Shown here piece after piece: positions 14,108-26,646 of a stretch of 64,000 nt of DNA. How positions within the stretch are numbered: position 1 is the first letter of the stretch; each line of letters begins with the position of its first letter. Both the position numbers and the translations under genes were made by a program. A model generated the notes under the pieces. It did no database searches. It was not told the DNA's origin and worked only from the letters and a program-made list of their open reading frames with translations. The stretch lies in the NCBI GenBank assembly GCA_012295275.1, contig CM022672.1, positions 20,832,001 through 20,896,000 of the forward strand. The letters run 5' to 3'. The DNA is from Chrysomallon squamiferum. Its lineage: Eukaryota > Animalia > Mollusca.

Positions 14108-17100
14108 TGAGTAGAGTAGGAAGCCAACTATAATATAAAAAAAATAAAAATAAAAAATAAAAAAACACACACCCCCAAAATAAAAAAAACACCAATAAAT
14201 GACGTTTCCTTTCAATGGACAAGAGATTCATACCATGTGCAAATTAATGAGGCCCCACCAGACTATACAATATTATAATACATTTCAAGGTATTCAAGAA
14301 AACACAACAGGTCTGAAAGGAAAAAATAAGTATATATTTGGCTTGTTGCCCATACTTACTAACATTATGAAAATTTGGATCCAGTTTGCTAATTCAAATT
14401 CAGAATCATTAAACATTTTCGATTACCAACCATTTTCCATGACTCTTACATAGTCACCTACATACACAGTTATATTTACCTGTAACCAACTATCAACACT
14501 GACTAAAGCACAGTGAACTATCACACTGACTAAAGTACACTGAACTATCAAAGCTGACTAACGCACACTGAACTAACAACGGTGACTAAAGCACAGTTAA
14601 CTATCAACACTGACTAAAGACACAGTACACTGAACTATCAACACTGACTAAAGCACAGTTAACTATCAACACTGACTAAAGCACAGTTAACTATCAACAC
14701 TGACTAAAGCACAGTTAACTATCAACGCTGACTAAAGTACACTGAACTATCAACACTGACTAAAGTACACTGAACTATCAAAGCTGACTAACGCACACTG
14801 AACTAACAACGGTGACTAAAGCACAGTTAACTATCAACACTGACTAAAGCACAGTTAACTATCAACGCTGACTAAAGCACACTGAACTATCAACGCTGAC
14901 TAAAGCACACTGAACTAACAACGACAACTAACGCACACTGAACTATCAACGCTGACTAAAGCACACTGAACTAACAACGACAACTAACGCACACTGAACT
15001 ATCAACACTGACTAAAGCACACTGAACTATGAACTAACAACGACAACTAACAAAACTGACACACTGAACTATCAACACTGACTAAAAAGCACACTGAACT
15101 AACAACGACAACTAACGCACACTGAACTATCAACGCTGACTAAAGCACACTGAACTATCAACGCTGACTAAAGCACACTGAACTAACAACGACAACTAAC
15201 GCACACTGAACTATCAACGCTGACTAAAGCACACTGAACTATCAACGCTGACTAAAGCACACTGAACTATCAACGCTGACTAACGCACACTGAACTATCA
15301 ACGCTGACTAACGCACACTGAACTATCAACGCTGACTAAATGCACACTGAACTATCAACTGAACTATCAACGCTGACTAACGCACACTGAACTATCAACA
15401 CTGACTAACGCACACTGAACTAACAACACTGACTAAAGCACAGTGAACTATCACACTGACTAAAGTACACTGAACTATCAACGCTGACTAACGCACACTG
15501 AACTATAAACGCTGACTGTAATATATACTGAACTATCAACACTGACTAATGTGTACTGAACTATCAACAGTCAGTGTAATGTATATTCGTGCATCAACTT
15601 CACTTTTCACAGAACTGTCACGACTCAGTAAAATAATAAAAAAAATCTGATATTCCAGTATGGCGGGACTCATATTTAGCTTCACTGTTAATTACTTACT
15701 AAAATTATATATGAACATTTTCAACTCCTAATTAAAAATTTAACTCCTTAGCTTTATTATTTAGCGATGCTGAAAATAAGACTTTCGTGTCTGAATCTTC
15801 AGTGAAAGTGTCAGTCAATCGATTAGGTGAATAACAGTTTTTACATACAGAGAATATGATAAGAAATAAATCTAATCAGTTCTTTGTAAAACAGCAGTTA
15901 AAAAGATGCTCTTTTATAGTTGAGAAATGAAAGTATAAAATGGTGAACGTCTCAAAGTGTTACAGCAATCATCCACCATGCCCAGTTACTAAGAAACCAT
16001 TTCTGAGTTTATTTTATTACAGTAACAGTATATTAAGCTACAGTGTTTAATCGCCTACGTGACAGTCTTATATAGGAACTTAGGAGTGTCTGTTGTTGTT
16101 GTTTTTTTTTGGGGTTTTTTTATAACATTTTGCACAATACACTGCTGAATACAAATTAGTTTCACTTACAGTTCACAAGCGGTTAGTTTCTACTGCGATG
16201 TAAATTGGATATTAGCAAAACTGACTACACGTTTAAATCCTGTCAAAGAATCTGATATAACAACAATTAGAGTGACTGCATGTTTGTCACATATATTTCA
16301 CTGGTAAAATTAAAAATATAAACATTTGAGTAAACATTATCAATCATAAAACGAACGTTCAACTGACAAATCTGTTGTGGTAAGTCAAATAAAAACTAAA
16401 TTATTTTACTTTGATTTAAATTATAAATTCAACCGTAGCGTGTTTACTAGATCATAATGCATTACCATATACGAATAAGACCACTTTACGTCAGATATAT
16501 TTCTCTTTTCAGCCGTTTTCAATGTTTAAAAATGCAAAGTATTCTACGTTAACATTTATATCAGGCTAACTAAGCTCTGATGTTCATATATATACATAGT
16601 TAATTAGAAATATTGATCTATAGCTAATTATTCACTAATATTGATATAAACACTAATACTGATATGATGTTAATTATTAATTATTAATACCAATGTAAAG
16701 TAAATTGCTCAATAATACTGATATATAGCTAATTATTCACTAACAGTGATATGAAGCAATCACTAATACTAACATATAGCAAATTACTCACTAATACTGA
16801 CATGTAGTAAACTACTCACTACTTACTGACATGTAGTAAATTGTTCAGTAACAGTGATAGAAAACACTCACTAATATTAACATGTAGTAAACTACTCATT
16901 AATACTGACATTTAGTAAGTTACTCACTAATACTGACATTTAGTAAATTACTCATTGATACTGACATGTAGTAAATAACTCGCTAATACTGACTTGTATT
17001 TAAACTAACTCATCCATACTAACACGTAGTACATGACTCACTAATAATGACCCAGCTACTCACCTGAACAACAGTTCAGTCTCGCGTACTCCGTACTGAG

Positions 17101-19778
17101 GCCGTTTTTCACAGAGGATGATTTCAGCTGCTCTGCTTTGATTTCTCCATTCTGCATGCCAAAAGGATCGAGACATGCTAAAAGAATGAAAACAATAAAT
17201 ACAGTAAGTGTATGTATGTGTTTGCATATATTGGTATGTGTATGAATGCGTGCGTGTGTACAGTGTTCGTATGTTTAGGTATGTATTTATGTTTTTGTAG
17301 GTATATATGTATATGCGTATGTGTTTTTGTATAAGTATTGTGTATGTGTAGGTACGCGTTCGAGTATGTGTGTTTATATATATATATACGGAATTGTTTT
17401 GGGCTTGTATTTAAAACGTTTATTGGGTTAGATTTATTATATTGTACTTGAATATATTTGTGTATGTGTGTTTATGCATTTGTCTATGTATGTGTGTGTT
17501 TCTTATATATTTATATGTATGTATGTGTGTGTATTTGTATATGTATGTGTATGCATGTGTTAGTGTGTGTTTATGTTTTTATATGCGTGTTTATATGAAT
17601 GTACCCTTTGTGTAAACAAACAAACATACGTTTATTTTTAATTTTATATTACAAATCAAGTATAACAGTGTACAGCTAGATCACGAGAGGGTATATAAAT
17701 TTCGTTCTGTTATGTCGGGTCGTTATGCACTGTCGCTGTATATCTGAAGATAACGACCTCAGTCGTCCTAGCTAAAATATTTTAATTTGCATTTTATTCA
17801 ATGACGGAAACAAAATACTCAGGGGATGGTGTTACCTCAATTTTTCAGTATTCAGTTTGTGCCTGCTGAGATACTTTACAATAATGGGTCTCCAGACTGA
17901 TGAAGATAAAAACGTTGATGAAAACACTTTGTAGATTCTGCTTCTCTTTCATAACCTCAGCTTCATGCATCTTTGTTTTATATTTATATCTATGCTATGT
18001 TGTATTGTGTTGTGTTGTGTTTAATTTGTGTCATATGTATTGTTTAGTTTGTATTGTATTAGATTTTATAATATTTTATGTTTTATTGTATTTTTCTTTT
18101 TTCTTTCTTTTTAATTATAAGTTTAATTTGTATTTATTTATTTATTTATTATGTTGTTTTTTTTAGCTTTATAATCAATAGAATTAAAATCATATTACTG
18201 GAATTGTATTATATTTATACTGAATTGTTTTGGGCTTGTACTTAAAACGATTACTGGGTTAGATTTATTATATTGTACTCGAATATGCTTTATTATTTTT
18301 ATGTATTAGACGTGTTACATTTACGTTTGCTATATTATATTTGGAATTCCTGTTAAAAATAGAAGTCTGAAAGTGATATTTTTTGGGTGAATATGTTAAT
18401 TGTTTACTGTGTGTTTACTGTGTGTTTATCTAATATAAACAAATCTGAAAGACGAAGTGTCTATAAATCAGTGTAATTAAAAACGTAGCTTTTTATTTAG
18501 CCATTATCTTCACAGCTAACACATTTTGTTTATATAATACTAGTAAAAATCTACTCCACTGATAAAAGCCGTACGTAACAGTTGAATCTCAGTCTAACTG
18601 ATGAAACCTACATGTACCAGTTAAATTACACCGTGCAAAAACACTCACGCGATTCTGAAGTGATGAAGTATTATTACCAACACTCGTTAAAACAAACTGA
18701 CTGAGATAGAGTGGTTAAAACTAATAAAGTTATTTTAATAAACGCATAATACGTAAACATATACATAATCTAAACGCCTGAATTATGAACACACGCTGTA
18801 AATAATAAATAAGTGAATGAAACTGATCGCTGTCAGTAGAAAATTTCATCTCTTTACTTGTTTGTACAGCCTGAAGCAGTTTCTAATATGTATATAATAT
18901 CCTATAGTTGTTTTTTATATATATATATAGTAAACTATAGTTTTATTGATGTCTCTTCAACAACAGCAGCAGCATCAGCAACAATAAAAACAATGATAAT
19001 AATAATTATTATTATAATAATAATTTAAGTTAGTAAAGAATAATCATGAAAGTTATGAATACAAGAAGAAGAAGAAGAAGAAAAAGAAGAATTTAAGTTA
19101 GTGAAGAAAAATCGCGAAATTTAAGAAGAATAACACTGTGTACGTTTGTATGTGTTTATGTTTGTGTGTGCGTGTGTATGTTGTGTGTGATATGTATAAT
19201 AATACAAGTCATCTCTTTGTAAGTTTTCTGATAAAAGGTTGTGTAGTATAAAGTCAACTAGAATTGATTTATCTTTTTGAAATATGTTTTTCTCTCTCTA
19301 CCTGTGTTCTCTCCAACTCGTATGTTTAATCTGACTAAACACAATACATTACTTTTCACCTTCCCAGATCGCCCACACACCACATTCCACACAGAAAATT
19401 ATTGTAAAAACTTCATTTTATAATATACTATTGACTATGTATTATCATCACCTCAGACTCTGATAAGATTTACAGTTATTAATAAGTAATATATACATTA
19501 TCAAATAGAACACTAATATATTAATATTTTGCACTTATTGGTAAAAGTATTGTACAAAATATGGGTATTAATTTTGGAGATATAGATAAACGTATTAATT
19601 GCTGAAAAGAACTAATGTACTTCAATATTTTGTTTGCTGTCTGTCTAGATACTGATAATAAAAAAAAACATTGAAAACTGCAGATAAAAATTAAAGTAAC
19701 TGAATACTTACTTTGCTGTTGAGAAAATCTCACATGAAAAGAAAACAACAAAAGTATGATCGCTAGGTACACCTCCAT
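1143..19778 (-). CDS. Multi-exon secreted protein: signal peptide + F5/8 type C (discoidin) domain + VWDE-like region with von Willebrand factor D domain; 3' end not found, probably continues left of the window; one frameshift
   Basis: Phase-compatible GT-AG exons: 19712-19778 (MEVYLAIILLLFSFHVRFSQQQ), 17064-17177 (CLDPFGMQNGEI..YARLN), 13563-13786 (GAWCPK..EWFEVNL), 12544-12685 (PCFRLELTGC), 11868-12094, 11433-11525, 10735-11118, 10483-10559 (CESLNDPHLKTFD), 9945-10008 (YDNHREGEFIFYR), 9504-9706 (SCNCAAAVKSGDDVI; 203 nt, frameshifted), 1897-1999 (VVFPTGA..YPSPLDFNNTE), 1443-1512 (GLCGSYD..ND), 1143-1303. Confidence 0.88.
2045..2380. repeat. About 30-bp minisatellite adjoining the LINE insertion site
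   Basis: Repeated TATATACAGCTATTGATGTACTATAAACAC. Confidence 0.9.
2880..4338 (+). pseudogene. LINE ORF1 (gag-like nucleic-acid-binding protein with zinc knuckles), frameshifted near 3860-3950
   Basis: CGHCQKWGHLTNQC knuckle; a further knuckle CANCQGPHESHYKMC lies in another frame and continues into ORF 3952-4338. Confidence 0.85.
4420..8118 (+). pseudogene. LINE ORF2: AP endonuclease - reverse transcriptase - RNase H - C-terminal CCHC; several frameshifts and an RT deletion
   Basis: IQETW (~4514), GDFNCH, SDHLP; YRPITLTS, QSGFRK, FLDIEKAFD, FADD (6371-6382, other frame), FKFLGVTFD; RNase H YTDGSK, AELVAI, WLPAHVGIIGNELAD; CSCGLSETMKHYLFHCP. The PQGS block expected before FADD is missing. 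Confidence 0.93.
10295..10512. repeat. About 38-bp repeat derived from an exon/donor junction
   Basis: Units GGAACATTTAGACTTACTTGTCGAATGTTTTCAAA; the last unit overlaps exon 10483-10559. Confidence 0.85.
12826..13520. repeat. Minisatellite, about 28-29-bp units arranged as a dimeric higher-order repeat
   Basis: Alternating GTACTGTATTAACAGTCAAGTAAGAAGT and GCACTGGTTTAACAATCAAATAAGAAGT units. Confidence 0.92.
14485..15572. repeat. 28-bp minisatellite, about 1.1 kb
   Basis: Repeated ACTGAACTATCAACGCTGACTAAAGCAC. Confidence 0.95.
16600..17063. repeat. About 29-bp minisatellite
   Basis: Repeated ACTCACTAATACTGACATGTAGTAAATT. Confidence 0.9.
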
Positions 19779-19914
19779 CCCTCGTCTTAATCTGCCCTGA
19801 GCACACAATGTGTGCGGTTATGTCGTCAGGGTAGTGTTTTCTGTTAGAAGAGTATATCACTTTGACCGTTAGAAGTAAAAATGTTGTCAGGATGTAACGT
19901 CCGGTTACAGCCTT

Positions 19915-19921
19915 TTTTATA
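19915..19921 (-). promoter_or_regulatory. Candidate TATA box of the F5/8C-VWD gene
   Basis: TATAAAA on the minus strand about 140 nt upstream of the ATG at 19778; position is the only support. Confidence 0.3.
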
Positions 19922-20329
19922 TGAGACAGGACACTCGTATCAGGTATTCCCCCAGTACCATTCAGGTATGGCCTGACAGTAGATCGATGTCGGTAGGTGT
20001 GGCCTACACACGTATTTGGACTTCTGAGAATTCAATCGTATTAAAAATATACTTTTCAAACGCAGTCTGGGAGAACAGACGTTCTTATGGAATTCTGATT
20101 GTAGACAAACCACATATGTTCTGTTATTGAGTTCTGAGTTGAAACCCCTGCCCCCCCCAAAAAAAAAACCCTACTTGTTCACTGTGGGGCGTTCTGAGTA
20201 AAATAAAGCCACTTGTTCAGACTGGGGCGTTATGAGTATAAAAAACCCACTCGTTATCAGTAGATTATTAGTATTTGGTTTATGTATCCATATATCTATA
20301 TAGCTGCGCACTGAAGAGACTGATTGTTT

Positions 20330-20830
20330 ATTGATGTATCAACGTTTTATCAATAGTTTATATCAGCAGTGTATATTAGTGTTATATCAATAGTGTGTAT
20401 CAGTTATATGTTTTATATCTCTATTATATCAGTAGTTTACATGATTTATATATCAGTAGTTTATATCAGGCTGTGTAAAAAAATTATTTTAGATACATGG
20501 CAAAAATTTATATCAGCGTTATATCAATAGTTTATATCAGCGTTTTATCAACAGTTTATATCAGCGTTTTATCAACAGTTTATATCAGCGTTCCATATAA
20601 TCAGTGGTATATCAATAGTGTATATTATCACTATTTTATATCATTTTTTTTTCAAGTTTATATCGTCGTTACATCAAATTTATATCAAAAGTGTATTTTA
20701 CAGTTTTGTCAGGATCTATATTAGTGTTTATCATTTACTCATTTCAGCGTTATATGAAGTGTATATAAGTATACCAATAGCTTATATTTGTTATATCGAT
20801 ATCATATGCCGGCTTTATATCAAGTGTTTA
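20330..20830. repeat. Degenerate 24-bp minisatellite
   Basis: Repeated TATATCAGCGTTTTATCAACAGTT. Confidence 0.8.
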
Positions 20831-21882
20831 AAATATAGCTGCTTTTTTTTTATTTTTTTTTTTTTTTTTTACAAGACTAGATGCTTGAATGTTTTCCAGA
20901 CGTGAGGAGAAATACATCATCTGGGGTGTCTTCTTTCCTTTATTTTTTTTAAATTTTATTTTATATGTTGTTGTAAAGCCTATATTTTTATGTGGGCACA
21001 TTAAAATCAAAATATCTCTTCCTTACCTCGGTTCACAGTGACCTTGGTATAACAGTTCGAGTGACCGACTTTCTGCTACAGCATTACATGCTTTATTATC
21101 ATTATTATTGTCGATAATACTTTTTAATTTTTATGTATTTAATATTAATCATATTAGTAGAAGTGTTGAGTGCAGAATATTACTAGTAATTGTAATATTT
21201 CTAGTTGTGGTGAAATTGATATTTTAAAGATTTATCGTGAGGACTGCAGATATATCATCTTAATTTGAAGAAAACATTAAGAAAGGATGTTGTTTATATT
21301 TTATTCTTCTCTAGAAGCGATATTCAGTCCCATAAAAAGTTTATTTGAAATCAGCATGTTGTTTGGTCAAGGTGCTTTAAGCAGATGTTTGTGAAATATA
21401 TATGTCTGTTGTGGATGTCTAAAAAGGATGTTAGTGTGGCGTCTATGTCAAAACGAGATGTTTGTCCAAAAAGTTATGTTTGTCTATTGTACATGTCCCC
21501 CCGAAGGAAAATCTTAGATAAAACATTTACTGGTTCCCTCAGACAAATAATTAGAAAGAACAGTGTTATTAACATTAACGTTAATTTTATTAACGTGTGC
21601 AGTGTGAAATAACTTAAGATTAAGCTGTCACCTCTACTCAACTACTGTTTTGTTCCGTCGTACAGAGCACGAAAGGGAACACTTCCGCTTTAGTAAACAT
21701 TGCAATGCATCTTGACACCTGTGTGTAATGCACCTGCACTATTTGTCACGCAATATCCAGTTACCGAATGTAGAAAAAAATATTAAACTTTTGCCAATGT
21801 TACAAGAATATAATGGGCTGTTCAGGATATCAGCTTAGTGTTATCTGGATATTGTCAGTGGTTTGATAAACAGTCCCACATA

Positions 21883-22580
21883 CAGTAATACCTCGGTTTA
21901 ACAATGTAACTGTTCCAAATTTCCGATCGTTAAGTGAGGTATCGTTAATTTACATAGAATTAAGGTTAAAAAACAGTGGTTACGTTCTCGCTGATGAAAT
22001 TTGATATAAAAAATGAGTTAAATAAGGAGAATTAAAACGGCCTTTTTGACATAAATAATTTAATAGATAATAGATTTTAAACAAACTATAAATCATTTAC
22101 AAATGAATTTATACAAATACATTAAGAAATAATTATATGCCGCTCATTGTGGGTTCATTTTTCTGGGTTTTGTGTTCATTCAAGATATCGTATTTTGTTT
22201 CTGAAGTTATTGTCCTCCGTTTCTTTTTATCATCAGCATACGCCGGTGTACTGTCTATTCGTTTTGACATATTGGAAGGGTAAATTACAAAAGCGTTAAA
22301 TCTAAATGGAATAAGAAGAAAAGAGAGAAACTGAACACTACATGCACGTATAACGTCTGCATGTCATCTGATCAACACAGCTGAGGGAAACTTTAACGCG
22401 TAACTGAACGAAAAACGAACGGAATTAAACACATGCATTGTACCCATTTGTACCATTTATTTCGAGCAATTAACTACTAAATTTCTATTTGCATAATTTG
22501 TAAAAAAAAAAATATAATAAATAAAAGATCGTTAAAGTGGTATATCGTTAAACGGGAGATCGTTAAGCGATGTAGTATTG
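21883..22580. mobile_element. Tc1/mariner-pogo-type MITE
   Basis: TA|CAGTAATACCTCGGTTTAAC ... GTTAAGCGATGTAGTATTG|TA imperfect TIRs, TA TSD, subterminal ATCGTTAA repeats. Confidence 0.7.
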
Positions 22581-22894
22581 TACAGTTAAAGATATGAATC
22601 GTGATTTAAGAGCTAATTGCAGTGAAAACAGTTATAACACACACGCGGTCACGTAATCCCTTCTGTTTATAAAGATCTTAAGCAATAATGTTCTGACCTA
22701 TACTGTAGTTGTAATTCAGCTTAGCGTGAAAGCGCACAACAACCATGCGAATGTCTCTAGCCACGAATCACGATATGACCTGACACAGCCAAGGTAATCA
22801 TCAAAATCTCAACTTCTAAGAGTCACATGACAACCATACCTTCCTCTTTGATTTCGTGGGTGATAAAGCTATATTATATATATATATATATATA

Positions 22895-22937
22895 TGCAGC
22901 TAGTTGAGTCCTCCTTCATTCCATACCAGCCCTTGCA

Positions 22938-22940
<3 letters not shown>
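22895..22940 (-). pseudogene. Isolated 46-bp fragment of the EMI exon embedded in (TA)n
   Basis: TGCAGCTAGTTGAGTCCTCCTTCATTCCATACCAGCCCTTGCAGCA matches 26296-26341 with 2 mismatches. Confidence 0.9.
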
Positions 22941-22980
<40 letters not shown>

Positions 22981-23183
22981 ACATTCATCTACACGCATCA
23001 AATAACTATGTTAATAAAGAAAAGCGTAGGCAAACAACCAACAGGTTTTTAGTCCTGGGGCAGTATAGTATACTGTTTCGGATTTTTGAATATTTGTCAA
23101 GTTAAGCTGATAAAAATATTATAGTTCAATAGTTATTGTTTTACAATATAACTGGATGTCATATTGATGGGTGGTGTTATGCC

Positions 23184-23237
<54 letters not shown>

Positions 23238-23289
23238 TGTGTATGTATGTGTTGTGTCTGTGTGTGTGTGTTTAATTGTATTGCTAGTG

Positions 23290-24240
23290 CAAGGTTTTAA
23301 ATGTTGAAAATGAAACGAAACGTTGAAGCAGAGTGTGAAGCGCAGCTAATCATGACTTTTCATTATGATCAGTTTGGAGAATTACATGAACTATGGATAT
23401 GCCTGAAAGTAATGCGCCATTGATGAACTGCACTACAGACAATTTAGATAATGACTGAACACATTTCAAACAGCATTGTCAGTTCACTTTTAAATGTCCA
23501 ATGTCTTCCAGAAAAGAAGTTGAGAAAAGTCATCTAATGACATATACTGGAAATAAAGGCAGAGAAATTTAAAAACTTTCACTGCAATATCAAAACGAAA
23601 CCTTATATGATATTTATAATAAATGTTATCAATATGTAGCTCCTACAAAGAACCAAATTAGAGCAACAGTAATATTTAACAGAACCGAATGGAAGGTTTG
23701 ACAAATTTGTAATTGATGTTAAATTGCTTGTTAAAGACTGTGGTAATGCTGTTAAGCAGAGTGAAAGCTTAGAGATGCAACTGATTTGCTTTCTTATAAT
23801 GATAAGGTCTGTGAAAATACCTAGATCAGGGTGAAGACGGTATATCAAAAACGTGCCCCATAAAACTCTCTGAAGTCCTCGAGCTAACCAAAAACATCTG
23901 ACATGCCTGTTTAACTGTTCATAACAAAGCTTTCAAAGGACCCTAGTATCTGAAGCTCCTCTTTTATAACATTTACTGTGAAAACTAACGAAAAAGAAAT
24001 GCTAGCTATCGTCTTTTCTTGACAAAAAATTTCATCAGTAAGCATTTGGTCGATATACAGATACTGAAAGTGACAGAAAGCAAATCAAGAGAAACCTCTT
24101 TCTGTAGATCCGAAAGTCGGTAATTATTCAGGTATAGCATGATGATATGTCATGATGATATGTCAGCTCAACGTGGCCTAATATTTAAAAGTCAGAGTTG
24201 TTACACCAGTCACCATGCGAGCACAAATGATAAATGCAAC
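23290..24240 (+). mobile_element. Highly decayed Gypsy pol remnant
   Basis: RNase H-like EKEMLAIVFS..KFHQ*AFGR..ESD at about 23990-24075; boundaries approximate. Confidence 0.6.
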
Positions 24241-24299
24241 TGGTTAATTCTGGACCCAGTCTAAACTGGCAAAGGCAGCTATAGATCTAAATATCTAAC

Positions 24300-25496
24300 T
24301 AAAAACATTTTGTTTTGGTGTCCTCTTATTTTAAATGTCAATGAATTTTAGTTTCTGAGTATTATGTAAAGGAGTGCACAACAAGGAAATTATATAACTT
24401 ATTTGCTTTTAATATTGATTTGATGAAAATTACGATACTTATTTACATTTCACTTTTCAAATAAAACATTAAGTTAAAATCTCAGACACTCTGAAAATAA
24501 TGTTAGATAAAATGAATGTAAATGAATTAAAAAAAAAAAAGACAACAAAACAACACCATTATCATCCAAAGAGTTTTGAATGATTAGGCCTGATTTATAA
24601 AGATGCACAATATAAAATTATATAACACCAGTAACACATTTAGTTAATGATATCACTGGTAATTAATATATATATATATATTTTTTTTTTTACTTTATAA
24701 GTTATTAGCTATTACCATAAGCTATTATTATTGCAGGTCTTGCTTATTTTATTTCAATATTTCCTTCAGCATGAACAAAAAAATATGATTATCATTACTG
24801 AAACTGACGTACAGTCAACTCACCCATATGTAACAAATGTTAATTTATAACCTTTTTTTCACAAAGGTTTGAATTAAATATTCGAGAATGATATTTACCT
24901 GTGATAAGAAAGAAGTTAACAGGCTCACTCATAATACTGATGTTTAATAAAAGTAAAGTAAGCTAACTATTTCTCTGGCAAGCTTGGGACCAGAGGTGGT
25001 CCTGATTTCTGGATACAGACTAAATTTTACTTAAAATATAAAATAAACAAGGAAATTAATAAAAAATAACAGTAAATAGAAATTTAACTTATCATCTGTA
25101 CACAGTAACACTCTCAACTGAACTGGCGTCATGGAAACTAAAATAAAATGTTCCTAATTCAAAAGTAGCCAATTTTAAATATGGCTGCTTTTCTGGATTT
25201 TTCCGATTTCTGGTTAATTATTTCGATACCCGTATTCGATATTTGGGATTTCAAATTTTATTTAAGTTTAAACATACCGTATGATAAGTGAAATGCTATT
25301 TGCAATTTTACCATTTTCAACACATTTCAGTTAATTTTAATTTTTTGTTTCTAGGGACTGTCCATGGGACAAATGTCCGATAAGCAAATGCCCTAAATCG
25401 AAAATTCAGTAACCATTAAAATAGCTCCAGATAAACGTTCTCCATCTGTCCATCCCAGTTATACCACTAATTAAGACTGTATAATAATATGTCAGG

Positions 25497-25539
<43 letters not shown>

Positions 25540-25847
25540 ATACCTTCGTAAAAAGAGAGAAATGACAAAATTATTAACAACATGAAATATAAAAAATTAT
25601 ATGTACACGTTAATCATTATTTTGTGATATCGATATCGCATTATCCATTTATGAACACTAATCATATTTCTAATAAAATACGCAAATAAATGCATAAACG
25701 ATTAAACAATCCTGTTGCTATTTTTACTTGCTTTTAACATAGGAAAATATAATTTACAAAAATAATATTAAAAAAAATAAAATAAAAAAAAAAAAAAAGG
25801 AAAAATAGAAATAAAAAAGTAAATAAATAAATAAATAAATAAATAAA

Positions 25848-25893
<46 letters not shown>

Positions 25894-26574
25894 TATTTCC
25901 TTTATTTCTTTCGTTTTCAGCAGAAATATATATATAAAAATTATTATATATAGAAATACATAATTAATTATCATATTCGTATTGCAGTAACATTTATGAA
26001 CATTTATTATATTTCTAATAAGGTAGATAAGTAAATGCATATTCGATTAACAATCTTATTGCTACTTTTATAGTTTTAACAAAGGAAAATATAACTTTAA
26101 AAAAATAGATAAACGAAAAAAATAGAAATAAAATAAAATAAATAAATAAAAGATAGTAATAATAATAATGATGATGATGATGATGATAATGACGATGATG
26201 ATAATGTTGATGATAATAATAATAATATATTTCGTTTATTCTGCAGTGCATGCTAACGTCAAACCATGTCAGTAAGAATACAAACTTACAAACGGTGCAG
26301 CTCGTTGAGTCCTCCTTCGTTCCATACCAGCCCTTGCAGCAGTAAGGTTCATTTCTGTATCGTTCCCTCCAGACGTATTTATAGGAATAACAGCTGAAGA
26401 AAACAACATATAATTTAGCTAACAAACGTAATGTCTAACAAATCCAAAAATTAGTCTTAAGCGTTTAAGTAAAAAAGAAAAAAAAAAAAAAGAAAGAAAG
26501 AAAAAATATTATAATAATAATTTGTATTTTAGCAAAATAATCTTCATATTATAACTGGTTGATAGGTTTTATTT

Positions 26575-26646
<72 letters not shown>

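Noticed and set aside
14485-15572. Regular 28-bp repeats resembling a CRISPR array
   Set aside because: Units are contiguous with no unique spacers, there are no cas genes, and the context is a eukaryotic intron.
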